IMG/VR virus record: IMGVR_UViG_3300040801_000524
Location: 1 to 64,000 of that record
Reading direction: 5' to 3' (one strand)
Length of the DNA: 64,000 nucleotides
Source of the DNA: a virus
The notes beneath the pieces are model-generated. The model saw only the letters and a list, made by a program, of their open reading frames with translations, ran no database searches and was not told where the DNA came from. A program made the position numbers and the translations under genes. Below are positions 48,381-58,219 of the stretch, piece by piece; position 1 is the first letter of the stretch, and the number at the start of each line of letters is the position of its first letter.

Positions 48381-49985
48381 ATGCCAATTCAAGAAAAACG
48401 TGTACGTGTTACACTGGATCAGAATCCCAATCTCAAGGTAACCGCAAAGACCCGTGAGCATATTGGTGTCAATGCCGTTGGCACTGATGAAGTACAAGCA
48501 CGTCTATTAGGCATCCCCGGCCCACAAGGTGATCAGGGGAATCAAGGCATCCCCGGCCCACAAGGTCCCCAAGGTGAGGTTGGTATCATCTGGATGGGGG
48601 AGTGGAATGCTTCGGCTGTCTATCAAGTTGGGAATGCCGTAAAATACTTCGGTTCTTCCTACGTCTACATCAACGGTACCCCAACTCAGGGTCAAATCCC
48701 AACAAACAACCCGGCCTATTGGGATGTACTTTCCGAGAAGGGTGATGATGGTGCCCCGGGTGCTACCGGGAATGAACATGCCGAATTGATGAAGGAACCA
48801 ACTGGGTTCCCGAATCTGACAGATTCCCGCATCTACTACGACAACGGTCAACACCGTTTGTACATTCAACCGGCCATCGATGGTGGGTCCTTCGACTATT
48901 GGATTTCCGGTGTCAAGCGTACCGTGTCCGCACCCGAATCCGTGGTAATCCCTCAGATGCAATCGATGTACTATGTGTACTACGATTCTGATTTCCTATT
49001 GAAGGTCTCCACCACATTTCCAATTCCGCTTGCTGGTATTGCCACCGTGGCGATTCTCTATTACGATGTGGATGCCGGTGCCTACACCTTCTTTGGTGAG
49101 GAACGTCATGGACTGGTCATGGACTGGTCAACCCATTTGTACCTACATGAGACCCAAGGTGCACAATGGGCAAACGGTCTTGATCTATTCTGGAATGATT
49201 CTGGAACCGGCTCAACAGACGATGAACTGAAAATCGGATTCTCAGATGGTGTGATTTATGACGAAGACCTTCGCCATTTCATCCGACACTCAAATGCCCC
49301 TACCAACTTCTTTGAACAAATTCTATACCCAACCGGAAGATTGCCGATTTGGTATCGTGACACTGCGCAAGGATATTGGCGAAAGTTCTCCCCAAACAAC
49401 TACCCGCTGAGATTTGGGGCTTCCCTACCATACTACAATGAGTGGACAGGTAGCGATTGGAGACTGTCAGATGTCCCTGACGGTGATTATTTCGTCATGT
49501 GGGTCTACGCCACCAATGATGTGAATCAACCCGTTGTGGCTGTCATGGGGCAGTCTACGGACTCGAATCTTGAAAACGCACTGATCGCAAACGGTCTGGA
49601 CAAACTGAAACTTGGGGTTCTACCTTCACCCGAGTTCAAACTACTGTACCGTCTGACGTATTTGGCCGATTCCACCTTTGCCAACTCATTCAAGGCAAAA
49701 ATGGTTCGGGTGGACGACTATCGAGCGTTCAAAGATCATTATGGGGTCCCTTCGGCCGTAACACCATCACCCGGACCCGGTACCGGGGGTGACAAACACT
49801 TCTTTCATGAACAATCAACAGCATCGAGCGCATGGACCGTGGTTCATGGTTTGAATAAATTCCCGTCTGTCGAAGTCGTTGATAGTGGGGGAAGTTCTGT
49901 TGAAGGGTGCGTGGAATATGTGGATATAAATACTGTACGCATTGAATTTTCCGCACCTTTTACCGGAAAAGCATTTTTCAACTAA
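48381..49985 (+). CDS. collagen-like fibre protein
   Basis: G-X-Y repeats GPQGDQGNQGIPGPQGPQGE, carbohydrate-binding-like W.GEW....Y..G..V...GSSY, C-terminal W.V.H.L..P.V domain. Confidence 0.7.
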   Translation: MPIQEKRVRVTLDQNPNLKVTAKTREHIGVNAVGTDEVQARLLGIPGPQGDQGNQGIPGPQGPQGEVGIIWMGEWNASAVYQVGNAVKYFGSSYVYINGTPTQGQIPTNNPAYWDVLSEKGDDGAPGATGNEHAELMKEPTGFPNLTDSRIYYDNGQHRLYIQPAIDGGSFDYWISGVKRTVSAPESVVIPQMQSMYYVYYDSDFLLKVSTTFPIPLAGIATVAILYYDVDAGAYTFFGEERHGLVMDWSTHLYLHETQGAQWANGLDLFWNDSGTGSTDDELKIGFSDGVIYDEDLRHFIRHSNAPTNFFEQILYPTGRLPIWYRDTAQGYWRKFSPNNYPLRFGASLPYYNEWTGSDWRLSDVPDGDYFVMWVYATNDVNQPVVAVMGQSTDSNLENALIANGLDKLKLGVLPSPEFKLLYRLTYLADSTFANSFKAKMVRVDDYRAFKDHYGVPSAVTPSPGPGTGGDKHFFHEQSTASSAWTVVHGLNKFPSVEVVDSGGSSVEGCVEYVDINTVRIEFSAPFTGKAFFN

Positions 49986-50008
49986 AACCATAATCAGGAG
50001 AAATCAAC

Positions 50009-51058
50009 ATGGCAAGACGCTTCCTGTGCAACGTCAATCTTGAAAAGAACGAGATTCAGAACGTTGTCATTCACAAATTGGCAACCGCACCGTCTACCCC
50101 GGTCGAAGGTCAAATTTACTACAACACATCTGACGAACGCTGGTATCTTCGCCAATCTGGTTCATGGAAAGATGTTTCCGGTCGTCTGGACGATCTTCTA
50201 CAGGCCCCGGGTGCGACATACATCCTTCTGACAGACAACGGTGACGGTACCATCTCTCTGGACGTGGCATCCGCAACCACTTCTACCAAGGGTTTGATGT
50301 CCGCTGCCGACAAGACCAAGCTGGACAACGCAACTGCGCTGAACACCCCGTCCACTCTGGTCCAACGTGACGCTTCTGGCAACTTCGCTGCCAACGACAT
50401 CACCACCAATGCGGTGATCATCAACGAAACCATCAACGGTGCAACCCCGGGCAACCATGCCGTGACCAAGGCTTACGTGGATGCGTTGGTCAACAGCGGT
50501 ATGCAAGTCATCGGTTCCATCGACTGTTCCACCAACCCTGACTACCCGGCCGCTTCTACCGGTGATGCGTACTACGTGTCTGTCGATGGTCGAATCGGTG
50601 GTGGTTCTGGCCCGCTGGTCAAGCAAGGTGACCTGATCGTTGCCGTTGCCGACAACGCTGGTGGTGACGAAGCAACCGTTGGTGCAAGCTGGATCATCAT
50701 CGAACGCAACTTGGACTACGCTACCGAAACCACTCCGGGTTACATCGAACTGGCTACTCAGGCCGAAGTGAACGCTGGTACCGATGGTGTCCGTGCGGTG
50801 ACCCCGGCAACTCTGGCCGCATGGTACGCTACCCAAGCCGTTTCCAACCAGTACGCAGTCAACGTTGGTGATGGTGGTACCACTACCTTCGCTGTCAACC
50901 ATGCGTTGGGTTCCACCGACATTCAGGTTCAGGTGTGGGATAACACCACTGGTGAACTGGTTGAGCCGTGTATCACAATCACCGATGCGAACAACGTGTC
51001 CGTTCAGTTCAACACTGCCCCGGCATCGAACGCATACCGAGTGGTTGTACAAGGCTAA
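50009..51058 (+). CDS. fibre/collar protein
   Basis: GLMSAADK.KLD, AVTKAYVD, ELATQAEV..GTD..RAVTP fibre motifs; TATAAATA at 49925. Confidence 0.7.
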   Translation: MARRFLCNVNLEKNEIQNVVIHKLATAPSTPVEGQIYYNTSDERWYLRQSGSWKDVSGRLDDLLQAPGATYILLTDNGDGTISLDVASATTSTKGLMSAADKTKLDNATALNTPSTLVQRDASGNFAANDITTNAVIINETINGATPGNHAVTKAYVDALVNSGMQVIGSIDCSTNPDYPAASTGDAYYVSVDGRIGGGSGPLVKQGDLIVAVADNAGGDEATVGASWIIIERNLDYATETTPGYIELATQAEVNAGTDGVRAVTPATLAAWYATQAVSNQYAVNVGDGGTTTFAVNHALGSTDIQVQVWDNTTGELVEPCITITDANNVSVQFNTAPASNAYRVVVQG

Positions 51059-51064
51059 TAGCCG

Positions 51065-51400
51065 ATGGCAAGACGGTTCCTATGTACCGTACAGGCACCC
51101 GTCATAAAACTAACCGATGTTCCGCTTTTTCCTGATGAAGCAATTAACAAAGGTTATGTTGACGGGTTGATTGCCTTGCGTGGTCTCCCGGCCGGGGGTA
51201 CCACTGGGCAATCTTTGGTCAAGGTTGACGGAACCGATTACAATGTTCAATGGGCAACGGTATCCGGTGGGGCTTCCACCGGATGTCTCCCATTCATCAA
51301 GACGGATGGAACACCGGACCCCATTACAATCAATGCTGGTCTTCTACCGTTCTTCAAGTCTGATGGAACTCAAGATGATATTAACTTGGTGGCGTGCTGA
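51065..51400 (+). CDS. small fibre-associated protein
   Basis: same MARRFLC start as 50009; A.NK.YVD; LP.GGT.GQ.L.K....DY...W. Confidence 0.65.
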   Translation: MARRFLCTVQAPVIKLTDVPLFPDEAINKGYVDGLIALRGLPAGGTTGQSLVKVDGTDYNVQWATVSGGASTGCLPFIKTDGTPDPITINAGLLPFFKSDGTQDDINLVAC

Positions 51401-52335
51401 TGGCTGACATGATTCCTTTGAAAGGCATTTACGATACCGGTGACTCCGTAGCACTGGGTGAATTCAATCCGGGGGATACCGTTGGGGTATTGTTCGGTGG
51501 TACAGGTGCCAACAACCCAACACAAGCCCTGATCAATCTTGGTGCGGCTTCCGCTGCAACCGTGTCTGGTATCAGTGGCACTCTTTCTTCTCACATTGGT
51601 GACACATCGATCCACTTCGTGATCAACGATTCGGGTCTTGCTGCCAATGAAGCGTGGTCTTCGAACAAGATCACTGGTGAACTGTCGTTGAAGTCAGACG
51701 TGGGTCACACTCACGATGACCGATACTACACCGAAACTGAAATCGATGCTTTCTTGAACGCATTGACCCTTGACATGGTATCCGTTTCTTCTGATGACAC
51801 GATTCCCGGTTATCTGGAAGACAAGATCGTGGGTGGTCAAGGTATCACCACATCTGTGTCAAACCCCGGTGGAAATGAAGACCTTGTGATCAACGCACAG
51901 GTGTACATTGCCACAATTGGTGGAAACGTCTGTCCGGTGTACGTGGATTCTTCCAAGGGTGGTAAGGTCCTATCCGTGGCCACACACACGTACCAATGGG
52001 ATGAAACATCGCTGTCTGATGACGACTGGATTCAAATCGGGTCCGCTACTGATACAAACTCCGGTCACATCGTGCCATATAATGGTACCATTGTTGGTGC
52101 CACATATCAATGTGAAGACGACAACGGAAACACCAAGGAACTTGATCTGTACATCAACGGATCACTGAACGGAACCCTATTCACCACCAATGGTTCAAAC
52201 GGTGATCAATATGGAATCGACAACAGTTTGAACATCAATGTGAATGCCGGTGACAAGCTACGCATGCGTGCGGGTACAACCGGTGGCAACATCAACGACA
52301 CAATCGTAGTCCTGTACATCAAGTGGAGAGTGTAA
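51400..52335 (+). CDS. fibre protein
   Basis: GGTGA.....A..NLG, HI.D.SIH, WSS.KI, HTHDDRYY motifs. Confidence 0.65.
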   Translation: MADMIPLKGIYDTGDSVALGEFNPGDTVGVLFGGTGANNPTQALINLGAASAATVSGISGTLSSHIGDTSIHFVINDSGLAANEAWSSNKITGELSLKSDVGHTHDDRYYTETEIDAFLNALTLDMVSVSSDDTIPGYLEDKIVGGQGITTSVSNPGGNEDLVINAQVYIATIGGNVCPVYVDSSKGGKVLSVATHTYQWDETSLSDDDWIQIGSATDTNSGHIVPYNGTIVGATYQCEDDNGNTKELDLYINGSLNGTLFTTNGSNGDQYGIDNSLNINVNAGDKLRMRAGTTGGNINDTIVVLYIKWRV

Positions 52336-52336
52336 C

Positions 52337-53455
52337 GTGGGTACACTGGTAAAGAACAAAACACAGTCACCAATCGAGATCGAAGATTTCGGTTGTACGC
52401 TTCCACCCAATGTGGTTTACGATCTGGATGACGATTATCGTGAATCCCAAGAGTTCATCAACTATGTGAACAGCGGGGACATCGTATTCGTTCGTTCGAA
52501 CAACACAGAACTGACGGTTCAAGAATCTCAACAAGTGGCATTGAATCAGGTTCTTCCTGAGTATGAAACCGGGTATTCGAAAGATCAGATCGATGCCATG
52601 ATGTCCACCCAACAGGCATACACCGACAGTGCCATCTCCAACCTGATCAGCACTGCCCCGGGAACGCTTGACACCCTGAATGAGATTGCGGCTGCCCTTG
52701 GGGATGATCCCAACTTCGCAACCACAATCACCAACGAATTGGCCGGTAAGGCACCGGCTGTACATGCTCACAACGACTTGTACTACACAGAAAACGAGAC
52801 CGACACCTTGTTGTCTGGAAAATCAGACAACGGCCACGTTCATGATGGACGGTATTACCAGAAATCAGAAGTTGATTCCGCTTTGGCACTGAAGGCCAAC
52901 GTCAACCACAACCACTCAGGTGTGTACGCCCCGGTCAACCACAACCACGATACTCTGTACTATCGTAAAAACCAAACGTACACACAGGCTGAAGTAACCG
53001 CACTTCTGAACGCACTCGCTGCAACAATTCCGGTCTTTGGCCAGAACGCAACCAATGAGTTCGATGAAACAGTAACAACCATAACACAATCAAACTTCTT
53101 CGAAAAGCTGACGATGCCATTCACAGTCACCGCTGCAAACCAAGGAATCTATCGATTTGGGTGGGCTTGGATGTGGAACTTAGATGCAACAAACTCAGAT
53201 TTCAACGCTGAAGTCGGGTATCGAAACACGTCAACCGGTGTAGAAGACGTGTTTGTCGAACAATTCCAAGAACCACAAGACGCTGGTGGATCATTTGGTT
53301 CAACGGGGTCTAATCAACGACACTCTTTCAGTGGATTCCAGCGAAGAACCCTTGCACCCGGGTCATATGAGATGTTCATTCGTTTCAGACCGGTCTCTTG
53401 GGGGGTAGAGGCATCAATGTGGAACGCTGGTCTTGAAGTGTGGAGAACACAATAA
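52337..53455 (+). CDS. tail fibre-like protein with His-x-His repeats
   Basis: AP.TLDTL.EIA.AL..DPNFATT motif; repeated HxHD..YY units. Confidence 0.7.
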   Translation: MGTLVKNKTQSPIEIEDFGCTLPPNVVYDLDDDYRESQEFINYVNSGDIVFVRSNNTELTVQESQQVALNQVLPEYETGYSKDQIDAMMSTQQAYTDSAISNLISTAPGTLDTLNEIAAALGDDPNFATTITNELAGKAPAVHAHNDLYYTENETDTLLSGKSDNGHVHDGRYYQKSEVDSALALKANVNHNHSGVYAPVNHNHDTLYYRKNQTYTQAEVTALLNALAATIPVFGQNATNEFDETVTTITQSNFFEKLTMPFTVTAANQGIYRFGWAWMWNLDATNSDFNAEVGYRNTSTGVEDVFVEQFQEPQDAGGSFGSTGSNQRHSFSGFQRRTLAPGSYEMFIRFRPVSWGVEASMWNAGLEVWRTQ

Positions 53456-54180
53456 TGAAAAAGTTCACATTCCAAAAACAGGCACGTCTGTCGCAACTGA
53501 CAGATGAAATCCGAGCTTCGGACATCACCATCGCATTGGAGTCGGTATCGGCCGAAGGACCCAACGTGATTGTCGAGTTCAAAGCAGACTTGACGGGGCC
53601 ACAAGAATCGACCCTGAACAGCATTGTTCAAAACCACGTTCCGAGTTTCTTGGATGAACCGGCTGAAGTCAAGCTGGCATCCCCAACAACCACTGAAGAT
53701 GGTATTCCATACGTCTACTCAACTTCCAGACCGGTTGATCACTACGTGTGCTTCCTTGGGGCCGGTGATACAGCCGAACGTATTGGTGGTGGTGATAAGT
53801 GTGTATTCCATCTGAAATCAACCATGCCGAAATTGGTCAAAGACTTCACATTCAACGAAGACTTGTACATCAAAGACGGGTACATGATCACCAAAGATGC
53901 CCCGATGGGATCGGCTATCTGCATTGACATCGTTCACCCTCAACTTGGTGTGTTGGTTGGTACATTCGGCCGTCAAGTCCCGATCTTTGGAACAGGTTGG
54001 TTCCCGATGGATACCGAAGACCGTGGCTTTCTTCCGAAGGGCATGATCATTCGAATCACCATTTGGAATTCGACAGGCGAGGGTGGAGAAGACCCACCGG
54101 GAACCTTCTACGTGGCTGGTCGCTTCGAGACATACCGGCCGAAGTGGGGAATGAACGGCACACCCGCATTCAACCGCTAA
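53455..54180 (+). CDS. hypothetical structural protein
   Basis: TAATG coupling within the late operon. Confidence 0.65.
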   Translation: MKKFTFQKQARLSQLTDEIRASDITIALESVSAEGPNVIVEFKADLTGPQESTLNSIVQNHVPSFLDEPAEVKLASPTTTEDGIPYVYSTSRPVDHYVCFLGAGDTAERIGGGDKCVFHLKSTMPKLVKDFTFNEDLYIKDGYMITKDAPMGSAICIDIVHPQLGVLVGTFGRQVPIFGTGWFPMDTEDRGFLPKGMIIRITIWNSTGEGGEDPPGTFYVAGRFETYRPKWGMNGTPAFNR

Positions 54181-54202
54181 ATACCAAGAAAGAGAATAAG
54201 AA

Positions 54203-54685
54203 ATGAAAGTCGCTTTTTATAAAGGGTACGGTTCCACATGGTGGAAAAGAGTCATTTCGTGGTTGGTCAAGGTATGGACCGGTGGTCCCTACTCGCACGT
54301 TGAATTGGTTGACACAAATGATTCCAAGGCACCACGAAACTGGACTTGGTATTCAGCATCATCTTTCGATGAAGGTGAGGTTCGAATCAAGTCGGTCGAT
54401 TACAAATGCCATCACTGGGATGTGTGGGAAGTTGTTGGGGCCGATGAACAAGCCGCTTTCGACTTCATCAAATCTCATGTTGGGAAGAAATACGACTGGT
54501 TGGGGATTTTCCTGACTCAGGTTATTCCACTTGACAAACACGATCACAACAAGTGGTTCTGTTCTGAAATCTGTCATGCCGCATTGGTTGAAGCCGGGGT
54601 GTGTCCAGAACGTGGGCAGAGTCACAAATTCAACCCCAATCAACTCTTCGAAAGAATGCTTGAACTGAAGGTACTGAGAGACTAA
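54203..54685 (+). CDS. permuted papain-like NlpC/P60 (YiiX-like) peptidase/amidase
   Basis: YSHVEL...G.KYDW.G...WFCSE.C (His before catalytic Cys); CTAAATA late promoter at 54177. Confidence 0.8.
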   Translation: MKVAFYKGYGSTWWKRVISWLVKVWTGGPYSHVELVDTNDSKAPRNWTWYSASSFDEGEVRIKSVDYKCHHWDVWEVVGADEQAAFDFIKSHVGKKYDWLGIFLTQVIPLDKHDHNKWFCSEICHAALVEAGVCPERGQSHKFNPNQLFERMLELKVLRD

Positions 54686-54686
54686 A

Positions 54687-55517
54687 ATGGCAAAACCAGC
54701 TTCCCGAGCCGAATTGAAAGACTGGGCACTCCGTAAACTGGGGTGGCCGGTTATCGAGATCAACGTTGATGACGATCAGGTTGAAGATCGCATCGATGAA
54801 GCATTTTCGTTCTACTTCGACTACCATTACGATGCGGTAGAACGTCTGTTCTATGCGCACAAAGTCACCCAACCAGACATCGACAACGGGTATATCCCGG
54901 TCCCCGATTCACTGATCCATGTCACCCGAGTTCTGACGGTTGGTGGTGCGTTCGGTTCCGGCCTGTTCTACCCCATGGGAGACCCGTCATTGGCTTGGAA
55001 CAGCACATCCGCTAACCCACTGGCCGGACTTGGTTCAAACGGTACCAGCGGCATCCCAATCCGCACAACCAATGATCATGCCGGTGGTGGTTCGGGTGGA
55101 ATGTCCGACAAGGTGTCCTTCTACCTTGCCATGCAATCCATCGAAGAATTCTCCCAGATGTTTGCCGGTGGCGAAACCCCGATTCGATTCTCTCGCCACA
55201 CAGACCGTGTGTACATGGACATGGATTGGGCAACCAAGCTGTCTGTAGACGCATATCTGGTTGTCGAAGGATGGGCATCATTGGACCCGGATGTATATAC
55301 AGACGTGTACAATGATCGCTGGTTGAAAGAGTACCTTACCCAACTGATCAAACAACAGTGGGGTGCAAACCTGATCAAGTACAGCGGGATTCAACTTCCG
55401 GGTGGTGTCACATTCGATGGTGACAAGCTGTATCAACAGGCTTCCGAGGCTATTGAAAAGCTGGAAGAAGAAATGCAATCCAAGTACGAACTTCCAGTTG
55501 ACTTCTATCTTGGGTGA
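54687..55517 (+). CDS. 13: neck protein gp13
   Basis: P.SR.ELK...LR.LG.PVI.INV...Q.EDRID.A...ND.WLK.Y...L.K.QWG.NL.KY.G.QLPGGV. Confidence 0.95.
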   Translation: MAKPASRAELKDWALRKLGWPVIEINVDDDQVEDRIDEAFSFYFDYHYDAVERLFYAHKVTQPDIDNGYIPVPDSLIHVTRVLTVGGAFGSGLFYPMGDPSLAWNSTSANPLAGLGSNGTSGIPIRTTNDHAGGGSGGMSDKVSFYLAMQSIEEFSQMFAGGETPIRFSRHTDRVYMDMDWATKLSVDAYLVVEGWASLDPDVYTDVYNDRWLKEYLTQLIKQQWGANLIKYSGIQLPGGVTFDGDKLYQQASEAIEKLEEEMQSKYELPVDFYLG

Positions 55518-55532
55518 GGTTATATTGTATTC

Positions 55533-56099
55533 ATGAGGGTATATTGCATCGAAAACACGGTGAATGGAAAAAAATATGTAGGGGTAACCCGAAATACCAT
55601 TCAAAATCGTTTCAAAAAGCATGTCTACGATGCGAGATACGGTTCTCAAACATCACTCCACAGATCGATTCGAAAACACGGCAAACGTGCCTTCATAATA
55701 ACCCAAATAGATGAAGCAAGTTCCCAAGAAGAGATGTTCCAAAAGGAACGTGACTGGATAATCAAACTCAACACCCGTGAGTGTGGGTACAATTTGACAG
55801 ATGGGGGTGAAGGTGGTCCACATAATCACAGTGAAGAGACAAAAATGAAGATTTCGGTCGCAAACACTGGTGTATCACGAGGGTCGGGTGTACCTAAAAC
55901 TCGGAAACATAGAGAAAACATACGAATGAATCATGGAAGGGCTATCCCCAGAACAATCAAGTATGATGATGGTAGAGAAGAAACTTATTCATCATTGCGA
56001 TTCTTGTGTGAATCGGAAGGAATTCCACTTGTCACCGCAAAATGGTGTCTCAAGAACAAACAAGGAAGATTGAAGAAGCATCAAGCAACAATCAGATAA
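55533..56099 (+). CDS. GIY-YIG homing endonuclease (Seg-like, NUMOD3)
   Basis: VYCIEN.VNGKKYVG.T...R...H...GYNLT.GG.G...HSEETK.KIS. Confidence 0.92.
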   Translation: MRVYCIENTVNGKKYVGVTRNTIQNRFKKHVYDARYGSQTSLHRSIRKHGKRAFIITQIDEASSQEEMFQKERDWIIKLNTRECGYNLTDGGEGGPHNHSEETKMKISVANTGVSRGSGVPKTRKHRENIRMNHGRAIPRTIKYDDGREETYSSLRFLCESEGIPLVTAKWCLKNKQGRLKKHQATIR

Positions 56100-56146
56100 A
56101 TACTCTCACAGAACCGAATTCTGAATCGAATTTTTAGGAGACCAAC

Positions 56147-56647
56147 ATGGCACAACTACAAAACCCACTTACCCCGGCCGCACTGGACGAATACGTCCGT
56201 GAAGTCTACGAAACCATCATCGCTGGTTCCCCGGCCGATGCCGCTGCAATCGCTACCGCTATCGAAGCCTTTGACGAATCCGCTGCCGTTCAGCAACAAC
56301 GCTACAAGCAACTGATGGATGTCGTCATGAACGTTCGTGGCGTCAATCTGGAACACGGCCAAGTCCTGTCTCTGGCCATCACAACCCCCGGTTCCGGCTA
56401 TGTTGCCGGTGATGCCATCGCTGTCACCACCGCTACCGGTGTCGGTGCATCTGCCCGTGTCAAGACCGTTGACGGTTCCGGTGCCATCCTGACCGTGGAA
56501 CTTCTGGTTGCTGGTGAAGGCTATGATGTAGCCGACACTGCTACCACCATCACTTCTACTGCCGGTGCCGGTGGTGTGGTTGAAGCAACCATTGCCCCGA
56601 ACCACAAGCAAATGCTGGTGGATGCACGTGCAATCCTGATTCCGTAA
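56147..56647 (+). CDS. abundant late accessory/structural protein
   Basis: own GATAAATA promoter (56095), AGGAG SD, biased codons, PGSGY..GD beta motif shared with gp7/gp8 inserts. Confidence 0.7.
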   Translation: MAQLQNPLTPAALDEYVREVYETIIAGSPADAAAIATAIEAFDESAAVQQQRYKQLMDVVMNVRGVNLEHGQVLSLAITTPGSGYVAGDAIAVTTATGVGASARVKTVDGSGAILTVELLVAGEGYDVADTATTITSTAGAGGVVEATIAPNHKQMLVDARAILIP

Positions 56648-56670
56648 TCTCGCTACCTTACGGGAACCGT

Positions 56671-56701
56671 GAGACGGGGGCTTCGGCCCCCGTTTCTTTT
56701 T
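56671..56701 (+). terminator. rho-independent terminator with cUUCGg loop
   Basis: GAGACGGGGGC-TTCG-GCCCCCGTTTC followed by a T tract. Confidence 0.9.
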
Positions 56702-56733
56702 GTCCTAAATACAGTGACAAGGAGAATTCTACA

Positions 56734-56955
56734 ATGATCAAAAGTTTCAAACGATTTGTAGCCGAAGGGTACATGCTGGACATCGACATCGGTGACACCA
56801 TCATGGTCGGCCGCTTCAAGAACAAAAAAATTGTCGTCAAGTCCATCGAGGTTGACGGCAAGGGTGATCTGTTGATCAACGGCAAGAAGGTAGCCAAGTT
56901 CCGACTCTTACCTGCCGCTACAGAAGTTGAGGAACCTGTACCCGAGGAAGAATGA
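56734..56955 (+). CDS. small SH3-like protein, probable internal head protein
   Basis: CCTAAATA promoter (56704), AGGAG SD, MIKSFKRFVAE N-terminus. Confidence 0.65.
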   Translation: MIKSFKRFVAEGYMLDIDIGDTIMVGRFKNKKIVVKSIEVDGKGDLLINGKKVAKFRLLPAATEVEEPVPEEE

Positions 56956-57545
56956 TGTTCTATGTCTACTGCTATACACTGAAGGAAGATGGTCGGAAGT
57001 ACGTTGGGAAGACGAATGACGTACATAGACGACACATTCAACATAGATGCCGTGGTGCTTATTTCCACAATGCCCTACGGAAATATGGGGATGATGCATT
57101 CGATTTCAAAATTCTGTGGTCTGGTGAGGATGAATCTGAATGCCTTGAACAAGAGAAGAAACTGATTCGTGAATTGAACAGTCAAGTCTACGGCTTCAAC
57201 CTTGACGATGGTGGTGTAGCATCTGGAAGAAAGCCCGGGTACAAACACTCTGAAGAAACCAAGGCCAAGATCGCAAGGGCAAACACAGGGAAGACCCACA
57301 TGAGGGGTGTTCCCAAATCAGAAGAACATAAGAAGGCCATTGGTGAAGCACATCGTGGTCGCAAGAAGAACTACAGAAACGGTAGATCGAAGATCAGACA
57401 AGTAGAAACACCGTCCGGTGAGATCATCGAAGTTGATGGCCTACAGACGTTTGAGAAAAGCGTTGGGATTCCGGTCGGATCGCTGAGAAATACACTAAGA
57501 ACCGGCAAACCGCACTACAGCGGTTACAGACTGGTCGGAGAATAA
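56952..57545 (+). CDS. GIY-YIG homing endonuclease (Seg-like, NUMOD3)
   Basis: YVYC......RKYVGKT....R..QH...FHNALRKYG...GFNL..GG...HSEETK.KI. Confidence 0.92.
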   Translation: MMFYVYCYTLKEDGRKYVGKTNDVHRRHIQHRCRGAYFHNALRKYGDDAFDFKILWSGEDESECLEQEKKLIRELNSQVYGFNLDDGGVASGRKPGYKHSEETKAKIARANTGKTHMRGVPKSEEHKKAIGEAHRGRKKNYRNGRSKIRQVETPSGEIIEVDGLQTFEKSVGIPVGSLRNTLRTGKPHYSGYRLVGE

Positions 57546-57550
57546 ATTTC

Positions 57551-58219
57551 ATGCCAACTTCACATTATTTCGACCAATTCACATTCAGCCCAGAACAACG
57601 TCTTTTGGAAGACCTGACAATCGAGGCCATCAAGATTCATGGTCACGATTTCATCTACATGCCCCGGGAAACACTGGAACGAGATGACGTTTTCGGTGAG
57701 GACATCCGTGCCAAGTTCTCGGACAACTTCATGCTGGAAATGTACATCGAGACCGTGGACGGGTTCGAGGGACAACAGGAAATCCTTGCCAAGTTTGGCA
57801 TGCAGGTTGTGGACACGGCCACCCTGATCGTGTCCAAGAAACGATTCGAAGAAACGATCTGGAACAAAGAACGTCCACTGGAAGGGGACCTTGTGTTCTT
57901 CCCAATGACCAACGGTATCTTCGAGATCAACTACGTTGACCATGAAAACCCATTCTATCAACTTGGCAAGCTACACAGCTACAGACTGACAATCGAGATG
58001 TTCACACACACGCACGAAGAGTTCGACACACGCAAGCCCGGGATCGACCGCATTTCTCTGGATCGATCACAGGAAAGCGAACTTGACCGATCTGACAATG
58101 CCGACATTGAAGAAGAGAAGGAATCTGTATTGGATGCATTCTCTTCTGAGGAACAGATTCACATCAAGCGTGAGGCTGATTCCAATTTTGATGAAGGCAA
58201 CCCGTTCGGAGAACTGTAA
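57551..58219 (+). CDS. 14: neck protein gp14
   Basis: EQ.L.EDL..E.IK..G....Y.PR...EMY.E...GF.G...KFG...P.EGDL...FEI.YV...PFYQLGK...NPFG. Confidence 0.95.
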   Translation: MPTSHYFDQFTFSPEQRLLEDLTIEAIKIHGHDFIYMPRETLERDDVFGEDIRAKFSDNFMLEMYIETVDGFEGQQEILAKFGMQVVDTATLIVSKKRFEETIWNKERPLEGDLVFFPMTNGIFEINYVDHENPFYQLGKLHSYRLTIEMFTHTHEEFDTRKPGIDRISLDRSQESELDRSDNADIEEEKESVLDAFSSEEQIHIKREADSNFDEGNPFGEL

